This document shows positions 12,913 to 26,022 of a stretch of 64,000 nt of DNA, piece by piece. Location: NCBI GenBank assembly GCA_964016885.1, contig OZ024745.1:53754001-53818000 (forward strand), in the 5' to 3' direction. This DNA is from Eledone cirrhosa. Its lineage: Eukaryota. A model generated the notes under the pieces. It was not told the DNA's origin and ran no database searches. It was given only the letters and a program-made list of their open reading frames with translations. A program made the translations under genes and the position numbers. How positions within the stretch are numbered: position 1 is the first letter of the stretch; the number at the start of each line of letters is the position of its first letter.

Positions 12913-15900
12913 CTGCAATAAAGGGGGGGAAATAAAAAACAGAAAATTGAGTGAGAACTATAATAGACAGTAAGCCTGAAACACATGACGGCAAGCAGGC
13001 TGTATAAAAATACCAAAGCAACTGTGGCAAAAAGCTACAAGTTTAACAAGCAACCAATAAAAATTTTAGTGACATCAATACAAATGCACTGATGATTCCC
13101 TCCCACATAATATGAATGTAGACTTCTTCATGGGATTAACTTCCAGGTATATAAGACTTTTAGTCAGCTTCATAGTATCTGTAACTGTAACAAATTCCAA
13201 CTATGTAGATTTCAGTTGAAGTTATCACTTTAGAGAGATTTAAAAATTTGAGATATACATACTTTAAGGGAACTTATATTTTTGAAAGATGTAAGTGCAG
13301 TATAACCTGCACTGTGAACTAAACACTAATATATCAGTCTAAAATTAAACCAAAATGTTTGCTAAAGATTTTAAACATTATTCTAAAGAATTTCTCGAAA
13401 TCAAAATGAGAAAAAGAATGTGAAGAAAAATTCTTTACATGCAGGAAATATAGCCCCTATATATATGAAGGAAATTAGTTTCAAAGTTGACTGGCATTTT
13501 CCACTTATTAAAATATGTACTCTAACTAGGTTCTTAAATGTTCAACACACTCAGACTTTGGTAGAGATCATAAAGACTAAAAAGTTTCAATAGTTAATAT
13601 AACAAAGCAATATCATTACTCCTAATACTGCATTGATGTTAGTAGTATTATTGATTAACAAACAAAACTTTTTAATATAGAGATCAAATCTGGACTGTCT
13701 GCATGGGTTAGCTGGAAGAAAAGCTTAAACAGCAACAAGTTTTTATGCAAACATGTACATAGTTCTATCAAATTTAAGCATGGTTTTTGATATATATATA
13801 TATATATATATATAGACTGATGCAGCAAGAGATTAGAGATCAATTCTTTTGGCCAATGATTTAATAATCATTAGATTTCATTTTTTTTAATTAAAACAAT
13901 TACTCATTCAATACAATGAGTTATAATTTATATATTTTTACATTTGTCAAGTAACAAGGTAAGCAATTAGCTTTCCTTATTTAGAAGTAATACTGAAAGA
14001 ATAATTGGATGCAGTTGGTTGGTTTAAAATAGTAAAAGTATGGGAGTATCAAGTAAACTTGGAGGCAAGCTGAAGGCAATATATGGAATCTAATAAACCA
14101 TGTTTCCAAAATGAAAACCATATATTTTGTAACTATAGCAAAGATTGCTATATAGTGACTAGGAAGATGTAGAGATTAATGGATGAAATAGAGTTTAAAA
14201 TGATATATTAGACAAGTTTATGGATAGTAATTATCATTTAATGAAAAATAATGAGAAAGAGGTTACCAAGCCGTGATGTCAAAATAAATATTTCACAAAG
14301 TTAAAGCTATTTAAACGATGACATAAGGAACATAAATCAAGACAAAACAAGTAGGTTCAAAGTTGGGAGTTAGAACATGGTTGGTTTATTGAAAGATAAA
14401 CTGATTAAATGTGGAAGTGATGAGTACAAAGGAAATCTGCAAGACAATTTCAACTGAAAGAATCCAAACATTTTATTCAGTATTTTTACATATATGGATT
14501 ATATATAAACCACCATGGAATACAGAACCAAAATACATTACATTATTTCCAGCAATTTAAACATTGTACTAAAACAAAAAGGCTTTAATAATAATTCCCT
14601 TCTAATCTCAACTGACTTATACTAGAATTTTTTATTTGTTACCATAAAAATTCCTAAAATCTACATAAAAATAAAACCACAATCGATAACCCGATGAACA
14701 AATATGAGCAGACAGTCATGATCATCCACTTTCGAAAAAATAACCTTTAGAAATGGATAATTCCTCCAAGTAGATTTTGAAAAGCCTGAGTCAGAGATCT
14801 AATAGATTAAGCTATATTTACAAATAAACCAACAAAAACAAAAGAAATAAGAGAAACCAAATGGAAGGGTGCAATAAGAAATTTCATACTAATCAAATTT
14901 GAGATGACTGAAATAAGGAGAGAAGTAGTATGAAAAGATATAAGTTCAGAAAAATATAGCTTCAACCATTTTACTAACAAAAAAAAAAAGGCTACTTATA
15001 GGAAAGCTGGTGGAAATTAAGAGATGTGTTTGTATGTGTGTTTGCATATGCAACACGTGTTTGCTTGAAGATCTATGTACGAATGAATATGCATTATAAT
15101 TGATCTTTTGCTGTTGAAGCCTTTCTGGTGCATTCTCAGGAAGCTGAAGATACAATCGCTACCAAATATGAACTAGCATGCCTGCTTCTTACCCTTCCCA
15201 CTAAAACCCACTGAAAACTTACTAAAAGGGAGGGTAATGATCAGAGTGATTAATAATAACCAGCAGCATCCATCAATGCCAGAAACATGCTTCAAAGAAA
15301 CAACATAGCCAAATGGGCTATGGATACATTGTTTCCTTGCTTCTGGCTACAAAACAATAAGAGAGCTTGAAAAAAGTTTTAAGTGTCTAATCTGGTGCAC
15401 TGCAAAAAGCGGTTAATAAATTTTATTTTGATACATACTAAAAGAAATAAAATGGGAAGAAAGAGAATTAAAAATACAACACAAATGCAAAAAAAAGATA
15501 GAGAGGGGAAATGAAATGAATTTAAAAATATACAGTAAATTTACCATGGTGTGTATGTAAAACGTATGTACATAAATACTTAAATTTATGCAATTAAAAA
15601 AGGGGGAAGAATGTGCTCCTAGAAAAATTATATATAAAATAGGGGAAGGTATTGACTACTTGCAGGGAAGGTTGGAAAAAATGTGTGATAACCACACACT
15701 CACACAAACACCACCATACATATACATCTGTACAAAAAGTATGAAAATATCAGCCATAAATAAAATAAAAGGTCCCCATATATATATACATATATATATA
15801 TATAGTTTGTTTACTAGCAAATAATATAAATGTAAGATTGGGTGAACAGACAGGGCAAGGATTACTGACACACATTTTTGCTGCTGCTGCTGCCCAACAA

Positions 15901-16036
15901 GCAATCTATCTTGCACTCAACGCTGTGACATAGCAGAAGTGCACACACTACTCACACAGCGGTTTTTACAGGAAAAAAGAGAAAAAAGAAATGAGAAAGG
16001 AAAAAAGAAAAAAAAAGTAGGAATGAAAAGGCATAC

Positions 16037-16106
16037 ATAGCCTGTGCCAAATTGCGCTTTATTTGTTGGTAGTAGTAGTAGTACACTGGACGACGGGTCG
16101 TGTCAT
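16037..16106 (-). other. Candidate poison (PTC) cassette exon in the TIA1 intron
   Basis: Acceptor ttttcctaacttcaaacag|, 70 nt, weak donor TAT|gtatgc followed by about 60 nt of almost pure U/C; the upstream junction reads TC|A TGA. Confidence 0.6.
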
Positions 16107-17144
16107 CTGTTTGAAGTTAGGAAAAGTAACAATTACTAAATATGGCACCAGCAACAATGTTTGGAATTGAAGAATTGGAAAAGAAAAATGAGCAATGGCA
16201 ACAGAAAAAATCCTTTTATTCCTTTCTTCATGTTGAATGGAGCTCTGGGATATTTCCCCAAGGCGCCAGTTTAGCAAGGAATTTAATTTTCAATAATTTT
16301 TCATGTTTATGTATACATACAAAATATATATACATTAACCAAAGTTTTAAAGGCAAATTTGTCGGACTTAATAGAAAATTAATTTTTTTAAATAAATAAA
16401 ATACAAAATCACAAACGTACATATATATACAAAGATCAACGCAATGAAATATATATGTAGCATAATTGCATGTGATAGTTGTAATAAAGATAAATTTCCT
16501 CCAAATTTTGGTGGAAATTTCCAAATATATCCTCATTTATTCTTTAAATAAAATTGCCCTCTAGGTCTCAAAAAAAAATTTTTTTTAAAGGGAAAACAAA
16601 TAAAAGCTAAAAATTTAAAAAGCATCTAAATAAATATAGAAGAAATAAATTGGAAAAAAAATAAATAAAGCAAAAAGTAAAAATCACTCTCAGCCTAATT
16701 TGTTAGTAATGTTGCATCTTCAGAATTAAAAGTTTTTTTTTCTGTTTTTTTTTTTTTTTTTGTGATTTTTTTTTTATAATCAATACTTTTGGACGATCAA
16801 CAAGACAGCACAGGTAAACTTCTCGGATACACATACAAAATGTTTTCAATGTTAATAGTGAGCCAAAATTTCAATTCAGCATAGACAGGACAACCTGATC
16901 AGTCTACCACCATTATTGCATACAAAATTGTGAGAAACATATTAAATAAGAAAAGTTGAAGAGAATCACATTCATTTGCCAATAGCACCTCTACTGTGCA
17001 CACCCTGAATATAACAATATTAAGGTACCAAACAGAGCCAATTACAAAGCGTACAATTTAGTAGCACACAAGATAACTCTGCCAAACAGCCAAAAACATA
17101 CTAACACACTTTAGATAAGTCAATGATAGCTTTGGGAAATCATA

Positions 17145-17184
17145 TATATGTATATGTATACACACACACGTATATGTATGTATG

Positions 17185-17222
<38 letters not shown>

Positions 17223-17224
17223 TA

Positions 17225-17271
<47 letters not shown>
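17145..17271. repeat. (TA)n/(CA)n microsatellite
   Basis: Direct inspection. Confidence 0.9.
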
Positions 17272-17274
<3 letters not shown>

Positions 17275-19140
17275 CATATTCATGTATACATGTATATATG
17301 CCAAACTAAAAACTTTAATGGTAGAGTACAAAAAAGGAGGAAGGTAAAAATGGTGAATGGGAGTTCAATTTATAAAAAGCCTCAATTAAAACAGTACATA
17401 TGTTTAAGTCAATTACAGGAACAGATATGGTGTGGTGTTCACTTTGTAACCAGATTGTCCCAGGTTTGTTGCAGCAACTTGGCCATGCAAGTGTCATCTA
17501 TTGTGGTCTTAAGTTCACCTATATATTCGATAAAATTCTGTAGTTGCTAACTACAAAAGCTTTCCATATATGTATGCATTATGCATATGTGTGTGTGTTT
17601 GTATTTGCAACAGTCAAAAATCTGTTATTTTCCATATTGTTTCTTTACAGTTCAACAAAGAGATCAATAAGAATCTACTTGAAATTAGTAATGGGGTAAA
17701 TATAATTGACTAAATCGTTAGTGGGAGTGCCCCAGCATGGCAGCAGTTCAATGACTAGAATATATTTGTCAGTATAAATTCTAATTATGATCTAATTTGA
17801 GCCTAAGGTATCTTTAAAAATAAATGCTGAAATGGCTTCAACAGCTTGCTATTTTAAAGCAAATTACACTAATGTAGCTTTATTGAGAACTGATTTTGAC
17901 ATTGTGAAGGGCAAAAATCTCCATTAACTTAGCAACAAAAGTAACCTATTTTTAAAACTATTGTGCTGAAAAATACAGCCCCCAAATCTTTTCCATGTGA
18001 AAGTATTTCATCTAGAAAATTATATAAGCCACACACACACACCCACACACACACACACACACACAAAGGAAGGGAAAATGATTATTGAAAGAGTGAAGTG
18101 TTCTGGGGAATAGTCAGTGTGGAAATTTGACAAAAGTCAAAATGGTCTAAAGGTAAAGAAGCAGGGCAAAATTGTCTATGACGAATTTAGTAACCTGGAG
18201 GTGTATTACTCAGTTCTTTCTAACGTGTTTTATTAAGTTCTTTCCAAGTATGTGGAAAGTAAAGAACAAGGTTCAAAGTGGGAAATTACATTATTCAAAT
18301 TATATTAATTTATAACATCTTACTGCTTTTATTATTTTATTTATTTTCAACAAATTAAATGCCAAAAACTAAAACAAGGCAAAATGTATTAAATGAAAGT
18401 TAAATACAAATTCCTCAAATACAAAGATAATAATGAGGTTGCCCATAAAACAATAAGAGTATATTATAATACAATATTGATTAGGGAATTCTATTGAACA
18501 TCAGAATACCTTTTGAAATGAAAATATTAATTTTAAAAAAAATCTTTTTGCATATGATTGAATAGATTTCCAACTTGCGAGTTGATTAGAAAGTAATGCA
18601 AGGCATTTGGATATGTCCATGATCAAGATGTAGCCAAGCAAGAAAAAAGCATTTTGCAATGCCATATCTCAATTTCTTATTAAAAGCCAAAATGTGGGTT
18701 TTACCATTTGAGCAATCCAACACCTGAATATGCAAGTGATTGCAGCTGAAAATTTCATACTGTTGTCTAGCCAATCAGACGAAGATCCTTCGTTTTGTTC
18801 ACCCATATAATGATCGAATTTACTTCCAGGGTGTCAGTCTTCCATAGTATGTAATCAACTCACACTGACAAAGCATGAAATATGTTAATACTTCAACTGT
18901 TGACAAAAATATAGTTCAGTTTATATCTTAATTGTATGATATAGAATTGAATTACATCTATTGCAATACAAAAAATGTGGGTAAATTCTTTTCCTTTTAT
19001 CTCAAAATTCATGAAATGGATAGCTTCTGATTAGATTTTTTTCTTTAAAAAACCTAAAGTTGGAAGCACTCATCAACCTAAAAAAAATTACATGAAATGT
19101 ATACATGGAGGAAGAAAGAAATCAATTGTATCAATGTCCA

Positions 19141-19142
<2 letters not shown>

Positions 19143-19192
<50 letters not shown>
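19143..19192. repeat. (GT)n microsatellite
   Basis: About 25 GT units. Confidence 0.95.
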
Positions 19193-19193
<1 letters not shown>

Positions 19194-19710
19194 GATATTT
19201 TAATGGATCTAACCTCTTATTTACAAGTGTAAAATATGATTTCCACTATACTAATCAGGTAAACAAGGAAGAAACTGTCATATTTATAAGATATTTAAGG
19301 ACCACTTGTTAAAGGCTGGACAATATTTCTGAGGTTCTTCAATATCTAAAGTATGCACTGAGTGTGTTTGCTTGTGCATGCAATTTTTATGGATTTGTAT
19401 CTGCATATCCACATGTGTATATATGTGTATGTGATTTTCAAAACAATTATACTGTCAGACTGATGACTGGGTGAAGCTAAATTTTAAAAAATGTGCCTGG
19501 TATTAAGCAAAAGCTTCAAGCTATCTCAAGAAATCTATTAATACCTTTAATAGGGGAGTAAAATCAACTGCATCCAACCAAGAGTCAAATAACAAAGACT
19601 GCTCTGCTTTTTGATTTTTAAGACAAGCAACTACAAACTTTGAGCTTACATGGTTAAGCAACATCTTGTGACGAGAACCATAACCACATAATTTAAAGTC
19701 ATATACTTAC

Positions 19711-19798
19711 GATATTTCTCCAAAAGCTTTAAAGGCATCCCGTAGTTGATGAGTTTCAATATCTGGACTTAAATCACCAACAAATATATGGAAGTGTT
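19711..19798 (-). CDS. TIA1: TIA-1/TIAR nucleolysin, internal exon encoding RRM2 RNP2 (equivalent to human TIA1 exon 6)
   Basis: Acceptor tttctttcag|, donor |gtaagt; 88 nt; phase 1 in, phase 2 out; encodes HFHIFVGDLSPDIETHQLRDAFKAFGEIS, matching the TIA1/TIAR RRM2 start HFHVFVGDLSPEI. Absent from the ORF track. Confidence 0.95.
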
Positions 19799-21763
19799 CT
19801 GAAAGAAATTTAAAAACATTCAATTTAATTACAATCCACACAAAAAGCCATTAAATATCAATGCATTCATGACTAACTATATACATTGGATGCTTTGTGA
19901 ATATGAACTCGTTCAGTGTGTGCGTGGTGGGACGTGCGTGTGTGTGTGTGTGTGTGTGTGCGCGTGTGCGTGCGACGTGCGTGTGGGGGGGGGGGGGGGA
20001 CTAAAAATCATTAGCAGTGTTGAGTGATATTTACAAATATTTTGTTTCACTTCATTAATTGAATATACTCTTCTTGCAGTGACAGCACATTCAAAAATAC
20101 ATTCCATTTATGCTTCTTTAATTTGTGAATTAGTGTCAACATTAGGAAGGCATTTTAAATGATTTTATTACAGTAACCAACATGGAAGAGGAACCCGCAA
20201 AAAACTATGTGATGTAACAAACTGATATTACAAGCCTTTCAAAACTAAAGAGGGGCAATGTTTTACACACTATAGGATGTGTTTTTACACTCAATCTAAA
20301 TTGCTAAACTACAAACTAGTCATTTCAGCCATTTTGTTATGCACTTGCTTCATTAAAGAACACAATCCCTATTTCAAAAACACTGATGTACATACATACA
20401 TACAGTCACTTTACTAGTAACAATGAACTACTAAAGGTGTAATCCCGAATGTTTGTTAATATTCACATCTTGCTCTAGTTGAGTTTTCCTGTTTGATGTT
20501 CACTTGTACAACATCTGAAATTTTTGTGATCAGAATTATTTATCAATAGAAGGATTTTCCAGTAAAATCTACTGCCAAATCCTGATGGGAAGGTTAACTG
20601 TACAGCTTAGAATTGCAGCAGGTATTGAATAGGTTCATGATTCATACCCAGCACTGTATTTGTTAGACTATTTCACACACAAAAAGAATTACAATATTCA
20701 TGAAAAAATATTCTAAACAGCAAAACAAGGATAAATAATTGATTCACTATTGTCTTTATAATATAACACATCTGCTTGGCACTGTTCACATCATTAAATA
20801 GAACTCTTGATAGAACAGTCCAGAAATACTATTATAACTCAAATTACCTTTTATGATCCTAAAACGATAAGAGCAAATTTTATAAGCCAGTCCAAGAAGT
20901 CTTTACAATTGAAATACGATCAAAATGTATTCAAGATCAAACACAGAAACTAATTTAAAGTAGCAATAGAAAGAGTAAATATATATGCATTCTATGTATT
21001 TTATCAGTATCCCATACAATTAGGATTAAAATGTATGCTTAGAATAAATGAATTTATTCTGGGGAAGTCTGGGTAAAATAGAAAGTGGACTGATGATGCT
21101 TTCTAAAATTATGCCACTATACATTTAGAAAAATAAAATTATATATGTGAATTATTGAACATCTCTAATATTCAAACATCAGAGAAAAGAAGAAGTAATT
21201 TTCCTTCTAATTTACAGATTGTTATTTGCATAGTTTAAAAATAAGAATTTACCAAACAAGATAAGCAATATTTTTGGATGGAATGAATGAGTAGATGCAA
21301 TATCAGTAATACAACACATTAAATTTACATGACACTGTTGAGTACAAATATCAAAGTGGTGTCTAAGAAATATCTATAATATGGCTTATCTCTCTAACAA
21401 CTATTTAGCTCATGCTGTATGCATAAACATTAATCAAAGAAAGGAGCTGGAATACAACAAGCAACATTTCCTCTATAAGCTCCTATAAACATTTCATTGA
21501 TTTTTCAAATTGATGAATATGTTCCAGCATAAAAGCTTATCAAATTAGTGTTCAAACAGAGAAACCAACAAATAGCATTTCACATTTTAAGTGTAGTATG
21601 TTATATATATAGAAAAGTGGCATATAATTATTAAAGCTTTTATGAGTAGTTTAGTTTGCTTCAATAAAAACCACAATTAAAAACAAAATAACCTATTTAA
21701 TTATCAATCCTAAAACAATGACTAGAAAACAACTTAAAACTCTGTTTGGGGAAGAAAATTAAA

Positions 21764-22239
21764 TCTAAACTATAATAAAGGAAGGTCTGCGGGACTGCGG
21801 ATGGGTTTTTTTGTTATCCCATTAGTAAAATAAGTTGGATTACTTTGAATAAATAATGAATGAACATTACATAATTTATCTACTAAATTTTGTAAACAAA
21901 AATAATTTCGTAAAAATAAATAATGTAAAATTGACTTCTTTTCAAAGTTGCACTTCCGGTATGTCGTTACCACCACCACCATATATATATAGAGAGAGAG
22001 TGTGTGATGTCAACACTTCCAGTGGTGATTTTTCTCCTAATGCAGTTTATATATAATATCGTCTTTTTTTAATGTATCATGGATTACGTTACTGATTACT
22101 TAAGACAGTGTAACAACGTCTTCGTTCAATTTCTGTGTATATTGTCAATTACGGTTTTATTTGATGTATCATATCTACATGTATATAATAACATATACAC
22201 GCTAGCAGAAAACCACCAGAAGGGTGGTTTTTCTGCTAG
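21764..22239 (+). mobile_element. Non-autonomous Helitron-like element (476 bp)
   Basis: Starts A|TC(TAAACTATAATAAAGG) and ends CTAG|T; subterminal hairpin AAAACCACC-AGAAG-GGTGGTTTT; no TSD; CpG-richer interior. Confidence 0.65.
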
Positions 22240-23039
22240 TTTTAATAATTGACGAAATAGGAAACAATACTTGATTTAAACTATGTTTATGATAAATGGG
22301 CTTTTATATCTTTTGCAAAATTTATTCTTAATATTAACAGCAGCATTAAGTACAGTGAAAACTGAATGCTGAGATCTCGATAAAATAAAATTTAAAAAAA
22401 GGTGACTATGAATACCATGACGCTCACCATACCACCACAAAGCTGCTGACTCAAATTATTTGCCATAATGCCATAAAACTTTCTATGAAGTAAATTGAAA
22501 TGTATTGTGTAGCTAGAGTGTAAGAAAAATATACAGCCAATGAAAATGAGGATAAAGTCCTAGGTGGATCTGGTTTGTCAACTTATTGTTAAGTCAGTAA
22601 AAGTATAAAAAATATTACTCAAAACATATAACATAACTATTCGTAGCACTTGCCAAGGAATCTTAAAGATTGTCTTCACTTGTATCATAGATAATTTTCC
22701 TAATATTTTAGGAAATGTTTTAAGTTCCTTAAGCATTTTTGATTCTCCATTTCTTGTATGAAGACTTTTTTTTTTTCACTTTAATTCACTACTTTTTTTT
22801 TTTTTTTTAGTTTCTATTATAATGAGCAAAATTTATTTTCTAAGGCTTTGAATAAAGAGGGAAAATTAACAAGAAAGCTAAGTTTAATAAACGAATATCA
22901 TTTTCATTTAGAATTTTCATAAGCTATGCAGAAAGTGCGTAGTGAAAGTATATCACTTTACTGTTTTTCTAAAGCTACATGGGTTATAAAGGCGATCTTT
23001 AATCACTGACTCACAACTTATCTCTTTTAGAATGTTCAC

Positions 23040-24170
23040 TGCTTTCATGACCACAGTCCACATCTATCAACATCTAAATGAATTTGATATCTACATCAGT
23101 TCTATTTGTTCTCATACATGATACCCAGTTTTTCTCAACTTATCTATACCTCATTCATACACACTAACATTACATATTCAATAGAGCATGTCCACTTCTT
23201 TCCTTTTGCACATACTCTGCATTCAATAGTCATTTCTTATTACCATTCAGCACCACACTTCATATTATAACCATCACACAAAAAGAGAATCCTTGTTGCT
23301 AGCAAAGGTAGCCAGTATTTGAAAATTTTCAATCCTGTTTTTATTCTGGCAAGTATGTCTTTGAAGCATCCTCTTTCACTGCTAATTAGGTCACCTAAGC
23401 AACAGACACTATCAAGTACTTCTAATAGGCCTTCTGAGCATTTGTAAGAATTCTTTTTCACTGGCTGCTGTATATGTCCCATATGAAGTCAAGTTAGCTT
23501 GCCTGTGATCCTATCACACCCACTTGTACACTCAGTTTACATATGAAATTGATAGCTACTACTCCTTGGACATAACCTTTTCCTTGGTGGTAGGAGAGCC
23601 CTATCTTAAAACTCTGCTCTTTGTTAAGCTTGCTTTTTAGACTATTCTAGATTTCCATGCATATAATTTCTGTAATTATTCCAGGTATCAACATGTTTCA
23701 AAAGACATCTAGCCTGCTAGTTTTTACAGTTTGTTATTCCTGTTAGGAACTTTAAAACTAGCAGGCTAAGAAAGTGAGTCTTGATGGACACTCATGCACT
23801 AAATTGGCAAATGTAATTTTATATATAGCTCATACCACTCTTGTAAGACATGCATCTACAACTAGTTTTCTTAAATATCAATGAACTACAGTGCAGCATC
23901 CAATCAAAGGCTTTCTGCAAATCAACAAATGCTCGATATATTGGCTTACCCTTAGCTAAGAGCTTCTTTTGCAGTTGGCTGCCTCACCAATGGTATTCCA
24001 ACTAGGCATAAATCTGAATTGCATCCAAAGAAAGGTAACTCTTTTCCTAATTAGTTGTGTTGAAACTTTTTGGAATTTAGTGCATCAGTTTGATACCTCA
24101 GTAGCGCCATTTTTCTAGAACACTTACACTATACACCCACAGTCTATGTCATTGCTTATCATGTCGCATC
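23040..24170 (-). mobile_element. Old RTE LINE RT fragment
   Basis: Minus-strand remnants MQFRFMP, QLQKKLLAKGKP, RAFVDLQKAFD and LEVLDSVCCLGDLISSERGC. Confidence 0.8.
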
Positions 24171-24429
24171 AATAACATTCCTTAGCTACTGCCCTCTCCG
24201 AAGCCCTCAGTCATGCCCCCTACCACTCCATCACTGCACTTCCCAACATAGGTACCTCATTGACACCTCTCGTATGCAACAAACATTCTACCCGCCCCCA
24301 CTCACCATGTCACAATGTCAAGTCACACCACATTTGCTGTACATCCATAACTTCATACCTATATTCCGCCTTGTCTCCACCTTTAACACCCTCAGAACAG
24401 AGAGGGCTTTTCGGTTTGGACAATGTACA

Positions 24430-24945
24430 ACATCCTCTCTAATGTAGGTGCTATGAAAAATGCACCTGATATACTGGCAAGACACCCCACTGTAGAAACC
24501 ATGCCTAAAAAGATAGAGAAGACCCCCTCAATTGTGCAACCTCTCTAGTGTTGGTGAGCTACGCGATAAATGCATCCACTGTTGGCAATTGGAAGAGAAT
24601 CTAGCAGTAGAAAGCTTGCCAAACAGATTTGTGAGAAACCTTCAGTTATGTTGAAGACATGACAACCTCCCTAGTTTTGGTGCTTTACATGATAAACGCA
24701 CCCAGTACATGCTGTAAAGTGGTGGGTGGTAGGATGGACATCCAACCATAAAAAGCTTGCCAAAGAAGCTTCAGTGTTAAAGACATGATAATTTCTCTTG
24801 TGCTGGTACCACGATAAAATGCACTCAGTAGACCGTGGCATCATATATAAGCGAAATGCATACACCTGGGTGGTCTGGGAAGTTTAATACTGACTCAGTG
24901 CTCTAAGACCAATCTAATCCTTGCTAGTAAGGAAAGCAGATATGA
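24430..24945 (+). repeat. Degenerate tandem array of SINE/RTE-3'UTR-related units
   Basis: Repeated (G)ATAAA(A)TGCAC.CAGTA and GTAGAAA...GCC motifs related to the SINE body. Confidence 0.5.
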
Positions 24946-24975
24946 AGAGTGTGTGTGTGCGTGTGTGTTTGCGTG

Positions 24976-25400
24976 ATCATCAGTCTGCTTTTCCCTGCTT
25001 GCAAGGGTGGAACGGGTCCTATTCAGCACAACATCTCTCCACGAGCTTCAGAGATCTGAGGTCCTCTCTCACCACCTCCGCCCATGTTTTTTGTGGTCTC
25101 CCTCTACTGCATCTTCCTTCTACTGGGATTTCTTGACCCAGCTGTCATCTTTCATGTTCATCACATGTCCATACCATCACCGTCTTCTCTCCAGCACACT
25201 ACAACTTATCCCTCTTATATACCGTTTCTCTCCTAACTCATCTATGCTTGGTCCTTCACGCACATTGACATTACACATCCAACGGAGCATGATTGCTTCA
25301 TTTCTCTCCAGTCATCGCATGTCCTCTGCAGTTGCTGCCCATGTCTCACTACCATGCAGCATCGCGCATCTCACACAGGCATCATATAACCGGCCTTCCG
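24976..25400 (-). mobile_element. RTE LINE 3' fragment
   Basis: Same family as 3888-4111 but extending further 5' (MIRWMCNV...RW.GHV motifs on the minus strand). Confidence 0.88.
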
Positions 25401-25967
25401 TACACACACAAATGAAAAGTTGGTATATTTAGAAAGCTATACAATGCAAATGAGTTATAATTACCAAAGCAACAAATCAGAAGGGAGTTGTGGTAGAAAG
25501 CAAATGGTGGTAGAGGAAAATAAAAGGAAAAGAATTACAATGTTACTGTAGCAATTTATTTGTCCAAAACATTTTTTTTCCTTTCTACATCACCTCTCTT
25601 GACTCCCAATTCGGTGCCTTGGTAATTATAAACCACTTGCATTGTACGGCTTCCTAACATACCCACTTTCATTTTCATATACCACAATGCTACATGCAAA
25701 CTACTATACCAAACTCATGGAGTAAATAGGCACAAAAGACATAAGTACAATGGGTGATATGATTGACAAAAACAATGAAGGCAGTGAAAGTATTTAAAAA
25801 ATGTGTGTTTTAGGTCTAAAGTTGTATGCCACTGTAGTTGATATTAACTAAATCCTTGAAGATAGTGAGTGCTTTAATATGGTTGCAATCTAATGTCAGT
25901 TATAAGCTAGCCCCTTGCATACGTGAAAATCAATTACAAAGGTAATTTGATTTATTTGTCTTACTCT

Positions 25968-26020
<53 letters not shown>

Positions 26021-26022
<2 letters not shown>

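Noticed and set aside
13084-13153. CTGATGA...GGGATTAAC...GTA hammerhead-like or C/D-box-like string
   Set aside because: GAAA core missing, stem I broken, no D box, and on the wrong strand for an intronic snoRNA.
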